A stretch of 42,959 nucleotides of DNA, from NCBI GenBank assembly GCA_964536205.1, contig CAZHVT010000007.1:1054-44012 (forward strand), given 5' to 3'. The notes below the pieces were generated by a model. The model was not told the DNA's origin. It did not search any database and saw only the letters and a list, made by a program, of their open reading frames with translations. This stretch comes from an uncultured Gammaproteobacteria bacterium (GTDB lineage Bacteria > Patescibacteriota > Patescibacteriia > Magasanikbacterales > GCA-002688135). Both the position numbers and the translations under genes were made by a program. Positions 17,490 to 26,245 of the stretch are shown here, in pieces. The number at the start of each line of letters is the position of its first letter. The first letter of the stretch is position 1.

Positions 17490-18844
17490 GATTTTTGGGT
17501 GAGTTTTTGTACTAGTGATTCGATGTTGTCGAGTTCGACAATTGAGAGATTTGTTTTGATTTTTGAATGTTTTTTGGGGACTATTGCGTAAGTGAATCCT
17601 AATCTGGCGGCTTCTTTGATGCGTTTTTCAAAGTGGGGGATTGAGCGGATTTCACCGCCGAGACCGATTTCACCAAAGGTGATTATTTTTTTTGAAACTG
17701 GTTTATCTTTGAGTGCGGAGACGATTGCGGTTGCAACTGCGACATCTGCGGCGCGTTCTTTTATTTTCATGCCGCCAGAAACGTTCACAAACACATCGTA
17801 GCTATCGAGCGGAAGTTTCATTCGTTTTGATAAAATTGCGATGATGATTTGTAAGCGATTCAAATCAAATCCTGAAGCTCTGCGTTGTGGAAATCCGAAT
17901 TGTGTATTTGTGACAAGTGCTTGGACTTCTACCAGGATTGGTCGTGTACCTTCGATAATGCTTGTGACAACTGATCCTGAAGAAGCTTCTGGTCGCTCTT
18001 CCAATAATAATTCTGATGGATTGGTGACTTGTTGCATACCTTCTTCACTCATGCTGAACATGCCAATTTCATCTACGGGGCCGAATCGGTTTTTTAAGGC
18101 TCGCAAGATCCGTGTTTCCCCAGAACGCTCTCCTTCAATTAAAAATAATGCATCGATCAGATGTTCGAGAGTTTTTGGTCCTGCAACTCCTCCTTCTTTG
18201 TTTACATGACCAATTAAAAATACGGGAATGTTATTTTTTTTCGCTGATGTTGTGATGATTGCTGCGGCTGCACGAACTTGTGAAATGCTTCCTGGTGCTG
18301 CATCAGAAACAGGGGATTGGATTGTTTGGATTGAATCGATGATTGCGCAGGCTGGTTTCTCCTTTTCGATTGTAGCGGCGATGTTTTCAGCGAGTGTTTC
18401 TTCCGAATACAAAATGTGTTCGTTTGTAATGCCGAGTCTGTTGGATCGTCTTGCTACTTGTGAGCCCGATTCTTCGCCGGAAATATATAACACCGACGAT
18501 TGTTTTGTGGCTAGTTTGTTGGCAACTTGCAAAATAAGAGTTGATTTTCCAATTCCTGGTTCTCCCGCTAATAACATGATTGATCCTGGTACAATTCCGC
18601 CGCCTAATACGCGATCCATTTCTTCGATATTTGTTTTAATTCGAGAAACTTTTTGTGTGTCTATGTTTGTGAGTGATTGTGTTTTCGCGGGGGAGCCGGT
18701 TACTTTTTTTTGTGTACCTAAGATAGCTGGAGTCTCCTCAATCATCGTTCCCCATTTTGAGCACTCAAAGCATTGTCCACTCCACTTCTGGGACTGAGCA
18801 TCACAGTTCGTGCATGTAAATATTGTTTTAACCTTGGTACTCAT
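17486..18844 (-). CDS. radA: DNA repair protein RadA/Sms
   Basis: C4 zinc finger, GEPGIGKSTL, IDSIQT, KNRFG, Lon-like C-terminal domain; start at ATG 18844. Confidence 0.97.
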   Translation of the reverse strand: MSTKVKTIFTCTNCDAQSQKWSGQCFECSKWGTMIEETPAILGTQKKVTGSPAKTQSLTNIDTQKVSRIKTNIEEMDRVLGGGIVPGSIMLLAGEPGIGKSTLILQVANKLATKQSSVLYISGEESGSQVARRSNRLGITNEHILYSEETLAENIAATIEKEKPACAIIDSIQTIQSPVSDAAPGSISQVRAAAAIITTSAKKNNIPVFLIGHVNKEGGVAGPKTLEHLIDALFLIEGERSGETRILRALKNRFGPVDEIGMFSMSEEGMQQVTNPSELLLEERPEASSGSVVTSIIEGTRPILVEVQALVTNTQFGFPQRRASGFDLNRLQIIIAILSKRMKLPLDSYDVFVNVSGGMKIKERAADVAVATAIVSALKDKPVSKKIITFGEIGLGGEIRSIPHFEKRIKEAARLGFTYAIVPKKHSKIKTNLSIVELDNIESLVQKLTQKS

Positions 18845-18869
18845 GATGCTTTGCTGCAAACAAGTTTTC

Positions 18870-18941
18870 CTGCCCAGCCCATCGTTGGGACTGAGCATCA
18901 CAGTTCGTGCATGTAAATATTGTTTTAACTTTCGTATTCAT
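18870..18941 (-). pseudogene. Duplicated radA 5' end (24 codons)
   Basis: MNTKVKTIFTCTNCDAQSQRWAGQ versus MSTKVKTIFTCTNCDAQSQKWSGQ; 61/72 nt identical with a 44-nt perfect core. Confidence 0.9.
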
Positions 18942-18942
18942 G

Positions 18943-20853
18943 TTATGGAACTTTTTTACACGATGCGCTAAATTTTTGACTGAAGTTGCTTGTTAATCTC
19001 GGATTTTGAGTTCTTGCGTGAAGTTTGTTGTTAAATGTTGCTCCTGCGGATTTTCCCATTTTTTCGAAGTCCCAGTGCTGTGCGTCAGTTCTGCTGTCTT
19101 GGCATTCCCCATGCCCACGTACTGTCTCGTCATTGATAGGGATGCCATAGGTAGTTCCTAGGTATTTTACCAATCTGCCCACCGCCTTATATTGAGCATC
19201 AGTCCATGTAACGTCATAATTGATGAGTTTTTTTACTTTCTTGCCCGTTTTTTTATTAGTGCGTGTTACCCATTTACCTCCTTCTTTTTTGAAAATGAGA
19301 TCGATCCCGATTGATTGGGAGTTGAATTTTTTTGCGTGATAAGTTTCGAGCAAAACGTCCGCAGTTTGGTATACTGTACCGTCTCGCCCTACGGTAAAGT
19401 GACTTGATGCAGGGAATCCAGATCCGTATCTTGCAGATCTCCAATCTACGATTTGTTTATATACCGGATAGTATACTTCTTTACCGAAACTTTTTGACCA
19501 ATTTTTTTGTGAATTTGCATGTGTTGCTGTACTTCTTCCGTTGTGCAAAATTATCAATACAATATTTTTCTTTTTGCGAAAATTTTTACTATTGTTGCAA
19601 TCCAAACTTCCGTAATAATCATAATTCATTTTGACGCCTGGTGGCTTGTCTTTTACCTTTGATGGATTTTTCACCTTACAATACGATGTATCTTTGAGGT
19701 TTTGTAACACTGCTTTTGGCGGCCTGTCATTTTGAACTTTATTTCGAGGTCCTGAATTCATTTTCGCACCACCAACAACACTTGGTTTGTTGCTTCCTGA
19801 ACTTTCGGCCGTTCCTCCAACAACACCTGCTGATGAACCACGAGAATTAAATTCAGCTTGCATTTCTGCTTCTTCTCTGTCGACTACTATAATATCTAGG
19901 ACTTGTAGCGACAAGATTTCTGGATTGATGATTGTTAATATGAAATACGAACCCAATAACAGTGCGAGCCCGAATGTTGCTCGATTTATTTTTTCTTTTG
20001 CTTGTTCAACTCGGCCAGATCCGCCTGCAGTCATCCATTGAATTCCTCCAATCATCATGATGATAATGGCGATGATGATTCCGACCCCTATGAGATAATT
20101 ATATGCAGCTGTTGCGTATTCTGCCAACCATGGGATATCAACACCTTTGTCATCTTCGTCTGCGGTTACTTTTGAAAATTGCAATCCCGGAATAGGTATG
20201 TGTAGTTTTGGTGTGGCGATGGGTGCTGGGGGAATCTTATCTAGTGGTTTGCCGGATGTTCCTGCTGCTTTTGGTGCCCACGCGCATTTTATTTTGTCTT
20301 TTACGGTGGGATTTTCTTTTTTGAAATTTGCTTGTAACCCTGCGCATTGTGTTGGGCTGTGGTTTGGTGTTGGTGTAATTTCTTTGCCTGGCACAGTGCA
20401 CGCACAGTCACCTTGTTTTTGTGTAAATTCTTTATTTGTTGTGCTGGTGCATTTGCCTGTTTGTCCTACTGCTAAATAACATGCTTTGGTGTCTGTATCT
20501 TCTTTTGATTTGCATGTTGTATAATCTACATTTTCAAAACACGCTCCTTGTTTTGGTGGTTGTTCGCCAATGATACAGTGACAGTTTCCGTTGCTTGTTG
20601 GGGGATTGGCAACCCATGTACATTTTTTTTCAAAGAATTTACTTGAAGGTTTTTGTAGATTTTGACAGTCATTGTTTGTTAATTCTTTGACTGGATCTTT
20701 AACTGCTTTTCCGCCTTTTGTCCCTGTTGTGGTACATGAGCATTTTCCGAGTTCGATTGCCTGTGTTTTTTGTAGTGGAATGAATACAAATATACACATC
20801 AATGCAATTGCTGCGACCATGAATTGATTTTTGTACACCGTATGTTTATACAT
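18943..20853 (-). CDS. Secreted Cys-rich protein with a T4SS-pilin (VirB2-like) domain and a C-terminal Amidase_2/AmpD-like N-acetylmuramoyl-L-alanine amidase
   Basis: Signal peptide; IMMIGGIQWMTAGG..AKEKI..A..GL.LLLGSYFIL..INP; IILH, SSHFTVGRDGTVYQ, YHA..NSQSIGI, QY..L, RGH. Confidence 0.8.
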   Translation of the reverse strand: MYKHTVYKNQFMVAAIALMCIFVFIPLQKTQAIELGKCSCTTTGTKGGKAVKDPVKELTNNDCQNLQKPSSKFFEKKCTWVANPPTSNGNCHCIIGEQPPKQGACFENVDYTTCKSKEDTDTKACYLAVGQTGKCTSTTNKEFTQKQGDCACTVPGKEITPTPNHSPTQCAGLQANFKKENPTVKDKIKCAWAPKAAGTSGKPLDKIPPAPIATPKLHIPIPGLQFSKVTADEDDKGVDIPWLAEYATAAYNYLIGVGIIIAIIIMMIGGIQWMTAGGSGRVEQAKEKINRATFGLALLLGSYFILTIINPEILSLQVLDIIVVDREEAEMQAEFNSRGSSAGVVGGTAESSGSNKPSVVGGAKMNSGPRNKVQNDRPPKAVLQNLKDTSYCKVKNPSKVKDKPPGVKMNYDYYGSLDCNNSKNFRKKKNIVLIILHNGRSTATHANSQKNWSKSFGKEVYYPVYKQIVDWRSARYGSGFPASSHFTVGRDGTVYQTADVLLETYHAKKFNSQSIGIDLIFKKEGGKWVTRTNKKTGKKVKKLINYDVTWTDAQYKAVGRLVKYLGTTYGIPINDETVRGHGECQDSRTDAQHWDFEKMGKSAGATFNNKLHARTQNPRLTSNFSQKFSASCKKVP

Positions 20854-20875
20854 GTATTTTATTATACCATGAGGC

Positions 20876-23434
20876 TTATGTGCCTGGGAGTGTCAAGAAT
20901 TTTCCACTTGAGGTTTTGTTTACGCCACATACACTTTCATCTACTACTCCTTCGGTCCATCTGCCTTTTACATGCACTCCTTTTGGTTTCAATTTTTTTA
21001 TTTTGTATTTTGTTAGTATGGTACATAGTTTTTCTGGTGTAATCGCTCTCCAAACTTTTGTAATTTCGCAACATCCGATTGGCTCTGAATTTTTACTTGA
21101 TGGGTAGACAAGGAAGTCAAATTTTTGTAATGCCTTATGATCCCTCATTTGCCATACTTGATTTCCGCTACATCTATCTAGTTTTTTATTTGCTGCATCT
21201 TTTACTTTTGTGCCTGCGTAAGCTTTTGACCATGGTTCATGTCCTTTAATAAGTCCGCATTTGCCACACGCGTTAAAAGCTTTTTGATTTTCTGCGTCAG
21301 TTATGGCGGTATCGTATGCATAGCCTGAACATCCAGGAAACCATTTTGATACATTTGCTGCGCCACCACCAGAACCCCAAATTTTTCCTTTACCGAGAGA
21401 AACTTCAATGTGACCAGATAGTTTGTAAATAAATCCGATTGGTAAGTTTTTGTAATCGAGTCCTGGATCTTTAAGATAAATGGTTGACCATCCTTTTGGA
21501 ATCATTGCTACTGTTCCTCCTGCAGCCCATGAGCTTAATGTGTTTCCGCAACCTATGTAGTTCATAAAACGTGTTGCTGACCACGCACAATGACAAGGTC
21601 CCATACAAATGCGGTTGTTTCCATCCTTTTTTCCTCCACGTGCATTAAATTGGCTTGCGAGGCTTATTGCTCTTTCTGATGAGCAGGGCGCTCCTGTAAG
21701 TACTGGATTAAATCCTGAAAATGCTTTTTTTGCGCTAACTGCTGATGCGGTGGAGCTGGGTTGGTAATCGCTTGCTGGATACACACCCTCATCTTCATCA
21801 TCAAAATGGATAGGGTCTGGAACTGCAGTTAGTAGCTCAAGTGCTTTGAATGAGAGAATGTTTGGATTAATAGTGAACAAGATGAGGTATGAGCCGACAA
21901 GTAACATGAGTCCCATAGTTGCGTTTCTGATTTTTTCTTGTGCTTTTCCGAGTCGGCCTGAATTTGCAGCGGTCATCCACTGAATACCTCCGATCATTAT
22001 TATGATAATTGCGACTATGATTCCAACGCCAGTAAAGTACTGATATGCAGCAGTAGCGTATTCAGCAAGCCAGGGGATGGTGATCGGGTCTCCGTGCTGT
22101 TCTTGTGTGATTGATTTCGTAAAGTTGAGGCCGGGGAGTGGTACGTGTAGTGTTGGGGCTGTGATGGGTGCTGGTCCGGGGGTTTTGGGTTTTCCGGCTG
22201 TTCCTGCTGCTTTGAGTGCCCATGTGCATTTTACCTCATCTTTGACTGTCGGATTAGCTTTTTTTGCGTTTACTTGTAGAACTGCACATTGTGTAGGATC
22301 GTGATTTGTGCTTGTTTTTGTTGTTTTGCCTGGGATTGTGCATGTGCAATCTCCGTTCGTTGTTAGAAAACTGGTATTTTTTGGTTCATCACATTTTCCA
22401 GATTGACCTGATGCTAAATAACATGCAAGGTTTGTGGTTCCTGTTTCTTTTGTTTTACATTCTGTGTCACTTTTTACTTCGTAGCACGTTTCGAGTTTTG
22501 GTGGGGCTTCTCCGTTGATACAATGACATAATCCTGCGCCGCCTGATGACTTGGGTGCTTCTTGTGGTTTGTCTGTTGGTTGTGTAACAGATTTTGCCCA
22601 ACCACCACACTTATCATCTAACACATGATCTGCAAAACATTTTTTTAAAACATCATAGTGACTATTTGGGGTTAATGTGAGTTTTGATTTTTTTGGATTT
22701 GTGTCATAGCCTTTTTTTGCGTTAATGCCTTCTTTTTTTGATCCTTTTTCTTGACCATAAAAAAATGCTTGGTAGATGCTACTCTGGTTCGCAATTTTTT
22801 TACAAGAATTGCCGTAACATGAATCAAGAAGAATTGCCTTGTTGACCGTTTTTGATTTCATGTAACCAAGAATGAATTCGCTCCCTCCGCTATGAGAAAC
22901 CAGATTGACAGAACTGCTGTCTGCATTGATTCCGAGTTCGTTTTTTAATACTTCTTTTGCTTCGGTCAGAAGACAGTTGAATTCCGATTCTTTAAATCCA
23001 GGTTTTGCTGCAATGTTTCCGTCGTTTACGTTTGGAGCCAGTATGTATACTGCATTGACGCCGTTGTCTTTGAGTACTTTTGCATTTTCACAAATTTTAT
23101 GATCTTTACACGATTGAATGTTGGAGTGTTGTGTCAGACCGTGGAAGTATATGTATATTGTGTTTACAGATCCAGAGACTCCATCAGGAATCACAATACC
23201 GCGCTTTTTTTTGATATAGAGCTTTTTGCTCTTTGCTGTAGTCTTACTTGTGCTTTTGGCGTGTTCGCATGTGGTGTTATATTCTCGAAATGTAGATCCT
23301 GATATGGATTGCTCTTTCTGTATTAGCTTACCGGCAGCTTGTGCTGTTGATGTGAGATTAAATGATATGAGAAGAAATCCTGCCAAAAAAATTGTCAGGA
23401 TTATGTTTTTTTTGCTTGTGATTGTTCTGATCAT
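20876..23434 (-). CDS. Secreted multidomain protein: alpha/beta-hydrolase-like, Cys-rich, T4SS-pilin and putative Cys-His (CHAP/NlpC-like) peptidase domains
   Basis: Signal peptide; YFHG, SHSGG, LLDS; pilin motif IMIGGIQWMTA..AQEKIRNA; HCAWSATRF and GHIEV. Confidence 0.7.
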   Translation of the reverse strand: MIRTITSKKNIILTIFLAGFLLISFNLTSTAQAAGKLIQKEQSISGSTFREYNTTCEHAKSTSKTTAKSKKLYIKKKRGIVIPDGVSGSVNTIYIYFHGLTQHSNIQSCKDHKICENAKVLKDNGVNAVYILAPNVNDGNIAAKPGFKESEFNCLLTEAKEVLKNELGINADSSSVNLVSHSGGSEFILGYMKSKTVNKAILLDSCYGNSCKKIANQSSIYQAFFYGQEKGSKKEGINAKKGYDTNPKKSKLTLTPNSHYDVLKKCFADHVLDDKCGGWAKSVTQPTDKPQEAPKSSGGAGLCHCINGEAPPKLETCYEVKSDTECKTKETGTTNLACYLASGQSGKCDEPKNTSFLTTNGDCTCTIPGKTTKTSTNHDPTQCAVLQVNAKKANPTVKDEVKCTWALKAAGTAGKPKTPGPAPITAPTLHVPLPGLNFTKSITQEQHGDPITIPWLAEYATAAYQYFTGVGIIVAIIIIMIGGIQWMTAANSGRLGKAQEKIRNATMGLMLLVGSYLILFTINPNILSFKALELLTAVPDPIHFDDEDEGVYPASDYQPSSTASAVSAKKAFSGFNPVLTGAPCSSERAISLASQFNARGGKKDGNNRICMGPCHCAWSATRFMNYIGCGNTLSSWAAGGTVAMIPKGWSTIYLKDPGLDYKNLPIGFIYKLSGHIEVSLGKGKIWGSGGGAANVSKWFPGCSGYAYDTAITDAENQKAFNACGKCGLIKGHEPWSKAYAGTKVKDAANKKLDRCSGNQVWQMRDHKALQKFDFLVYPSSKNSEPIGCCEITKVWRAITPEKLCTILTKYKIKKLKPKGVHVKGRWTEGVVDESVCGVNKTSSGKFLTLPGT

Positions 23435-24657
23435 TTCAATCTGATTTTTTCAACTGATCCACTGAAGTTGTTTTCGTAGAATAGATATTGGCCGTTTGGT
23501 GTGATTTGTAGGTTTGATGCGTTGACTGCATCGTCTGGAATAGCAAGTTGTGTTTTGAGTCCAGAGTTTGTATCGATTTTGTAGAAAGTGTCTGGTGTGT
23601 TGTCTGCGACGTCTGGTGCATAACCTGCTCCTTCTGGAAGCTCATTTGGTACTGCGCAGATAATTGATGTTTGTGAATCAAATGTGCATTTGTGTGCCCA
23701 TGTTGATACGCCGAGTTCGCGTCGATTTGCTCCGACGTTTGCACCATCCGCATTCACAACCCAAATAAGTGGTTTGTAATCGTTGAATTGTGAGTATGTT
23801 GAATACATTAATGAGTCTCCTGTCTCTGACCATTGTGGTTCAAATCCATATCCATCAACAATGAGTGATTTGTAATTTTCGTTGTTTTGTCCGATGAGAT
23901 AGATTTCGTTTGCTTCGCCGCCGACTGGATCTCCTGTTTTTGAGAATGCTACAACTTGTCCGCCTGGGTTCCATGCTGGAATAACTTTGTTTGCGTTGTC
24001 TCCGAGTGGTTCGATGCCGTGTGCATTTGATCCATCTGGATTTACGGTGAGCAACCAATTTTGTGAGCGATGAATTCCTTTTGATTTTGCAGAAATTTTT
24101 TGTCCGTTTTTTGCGAATTGAAAATCTTCCCAATGGCGGGGGAGTGTGACTTGTTTGTCGGTTTGAAAATCATATACAACGTTGAATCCGTCGGGGTATT
24201 CGATGACTGCTTTGTCTTGTGTTGGGGAAAATGCAACTGCATCAACATTAAAGAATGTTTTGTCAGTTAATAATTTTTGATTTCCATCTTCATCGATTTT
24301 GTAAAACTTTCCGTCATCTTTGTCGTAGAGTGTGATTCCGGAACCGTCTGCAGCAGCCGTGAGTCCCAAAGTTGAATTTTGTACAACAGTTTCTGTTTGT
24401 GTGATGCCTCCTTGTGCCACTGCATCTGTATCTGGAACGAGTGCTTCGAATGATTCAAATTCTTCTGGGTCTTCAACTGTAACAAATGAATCCTGTTCGC
24501 CAGCAAAGGGGAGTTCGTCTGGGAATTGTTGGGCAATTTCTTCATCTGTGACCGGTCCAGTGAAAATTTGGCGAAAGAAAAAGAAGTAGAGAGTGAATGC
24601 TATCGCAACGGATGCTACGATAAATATGGTTGCTAAGATTATCCTTCTTTTGTCCAT
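23431..24657 (-). CDS. Membrane-anchored beta-propeller (TolB/WD40-like) protein
   Basis: N-terminal TM; repeated FSPTQDK, WNPGGQ, WSETGD, ITPNGQYLF blades. Confidence 0.8.
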   Translation of the reverse strand: MDKRRIILATIFIVASVAIAFTLYFFFFRQIFTGPVTDEEIAQQFPDELPFAGEQDSFVTVEDPEEFESFEALVPDTDAVAQGGITQTETVVQNSTLGLTAAADGSGITLYDKDDGKFYKIDEDGNQKLLTDKTFFNVDAVAFSPTQDKAVIEYPDGFNVVYDFQTDKQVTLPRHWEDFQFAKNGQKISAKSKGIHRSQNWLLTVNPDGSNAHGIEPLGDNANKVIPAWNPGGQVVAFSKTGDPVGGEANEIYLIGQNNENYKSLIVDGYGFEPQWSETGDSLMYSTYSQFNDYKPLIWVVNADGANVGANRRELGVSTWAHKCTFDSQTSIICAVPNELPEGAGYAPDVADNTPDTFYKIDTNSGLKTQLAIPDDAVNASNLQITPNGQYLFYENNFSGSVEKIRLK

Positions 24658-24667
24658 ATGCGTCTCA

Positions 24668-25888
24668 TTATAGTCCGAATGCGGAGCATGCTAAGCTCAC
24701 ACCTGGCACATCACACAATTTAATTATGATTGCCATGATGAATATTATTATTAAGATTATACCACTAACTATGGCGCAAATGCGAACCGTGGGTTGAATA
24801 AGAGCATTTGCTAATCCGCGCATTGTTTTTTCAAGTTTGAGGTCTTTTCGGATGCCTTTGTTGTGTGCTGCGGTGATTTTTCCACTTTGTCTTGCGAAAT
24901 ATCTTTTTGCTTTTTTTGTTTTGATTCTGCGACTCATTTTTTTTGGTTTTTCTGGTGTTCGTGGTGTGAAAAAAAATCTTAGACTTTGAGAAAGTACTTT
25001 CATGATTCCTCCAAATGCGATATAGAGAATTCCGATGAGTGATGTGATGAGATATCCAGATAATGTGATTCCTCCTTTGAGTAGTCCATCTCCGACGGGT
25101 TCTGTGATAAGTGTTGGTCGACGTTTCATTTTTCCGCGTCGTCTTTTTTTTGCAAGATTTTTTTTGATCGCTTTTAATTCTGCCAGTGCGACGACTGCGT
25201 CAGTTTGTTCTTGAACGGTCTCTCTTTGCGGTATTTCTTGGTATTCATCATCATCAATTTGGTCATCAACAGTTCGGCCTTCTTGTAGGCGGGCTTGTTG
25301 GCGTATGGTGTTAAGATTTAGCGCCATTTGCGCATCGTTACTTATTTTTTGAGTCATTGGCTGTATCTTCTGAACTGAAATTTGTCCGACTTTTGATGCA
25401 GGCAGTGCTCCGGCTTCTTGCGTTTGGGTGTTTGGCCGCGATGTTTGTTGTTGTGATTGTACTGTTGTACTGGGATTTTTTGAAGAATTTTGAGCTTCTT
25501 GACTGCTTTTAGCTTTTTGTGTTTCTGCTGCTTGCCTCATTGTCGGTGCTTGTTGTTGGGTATTGGGTTTTATTGTAAGTATTTGGTTTCCTGCAGTGCT
25601 TGTTTGTGATTCTGATTGTGGTTCACCTGCTTGTGTTAGGGGAGGAGCTTGGTTTTGCTGAACATTTTTTACATCCTGTGAGTTAATTTTTTTCTCCGGT
25701 GATTGATTTTGTGTCCATTTTTTTACAGCATCTTTCATTGCATTTTCCATTTCGGAATTATCCAATGCGGTTTTAACCGCCTTAACATCTGTATCAGAAA
25801 TTTGCCCACCTGAAACTTGTGAGGTGAGCGCGCCAAGACTTTGTTTCAAGAAGGACTCCATCCCTTCTCCTTCAGATTGTGTTGCCAT
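24668..25888 (-). CDS. Hypothetical protein with a Gln/Thr-rich N-terminus and C-terminal TM helices
   Basis: 406-aa ORF within the minus-strand operon; low-complexity region followed by hydrophobic segments. Confidence 0.75.
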   Translation of the reverse strand: MATQSEGEGMESFLKQSLGALTSQVSGGQISDTDVKAVKTALDNSEMENAMKDAVKKWTQNQSPEKKINSQDVKNVQQNQAPPLTQAGEPQSESQTSTAGNQILTIKPNTQQQAPTMRQAAETQKAKSSQEAQNSSKNPSTTVQSQQQTSRPNTQTQEAGALPASKVGQISVQKIQPMTQKISNDAQMALNLNTIRQQARLQEGRTVDDQIDDDEYQEIPQRETVQEQTDAVVALAELKAIKKNLAKKRRRGKMKRRPTLITEPVGDGLLKGGITLSGYLITSLIGILYIAFGGIMKVLSQSLRFFFTPRTPEKPKKMSRRIKTKKAKRYFARQSGKITAAHNKGIRKDLKLEKTMRGLANALIQPTVRICAIVSGIILIIIFIMAIIIKLCDVPGVSLACSAFGL

Positions 25889-25943
25889 ACAAGTATTTTT
25901 TTCTACATCTTATTTTTTAAGACGCAAAAAGAATACTCGATGT

Positions 25944-26240
25944 TTACGTCGTCACTAATTCATTATCGATAGCAACTGCAATTGAAATGATGTCTTCTTT
26001 GTATTGTGATTGTAATCTATTTTTTTCCTGTTCGTAATGCTCCTTTGCCATGCTGCCTTTTTTGTCTTGTAGATTGTTTTGAAGTGTATCGAATTTTTGT
26101 GTAACCAAATCCACGAAACGCTTGTATTCAATTTTGATGAATGATGGGTTTCGTTTTTCTTCAACTAAATATGTTAATCGATCTAGTTGGTGTGCGATTT
26201 TTTCTTCTAGTGCATCGAGATGATCTGTGTGTTCATCCAT
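25944..26240 (-). CDS. Small helical hypothetical protein
   Basis: 98-aa ORF starting 5 nt after the clpC stop. Confidence 0.7.
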   Translation of the reverse strand: MDEHTDHLDALEEKIAHQLDRLTYLVEEKRNPSFIKIEYKRFVDLVTQKFDTLQNNLQDKKGSMAKEHYEQEKNRLQSQYKEDIISIAVAIDNELVTT

Positions 26241-26245
26241 ATTTT

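Noticed and set aside
18845-18901. 19-aa N-terminal extension of RadA in the ORF track
   Set aside because: It is an out-of-frame reading of the duplicated radA head; homology begins at ATG 18844.
19910-22530. Diversity-generating retroelement TR/VR pair
   Set aside because: Differences between the paralogous modules are not adenine-specific, both copies are coding, and no reverse transcriptase is in the window.
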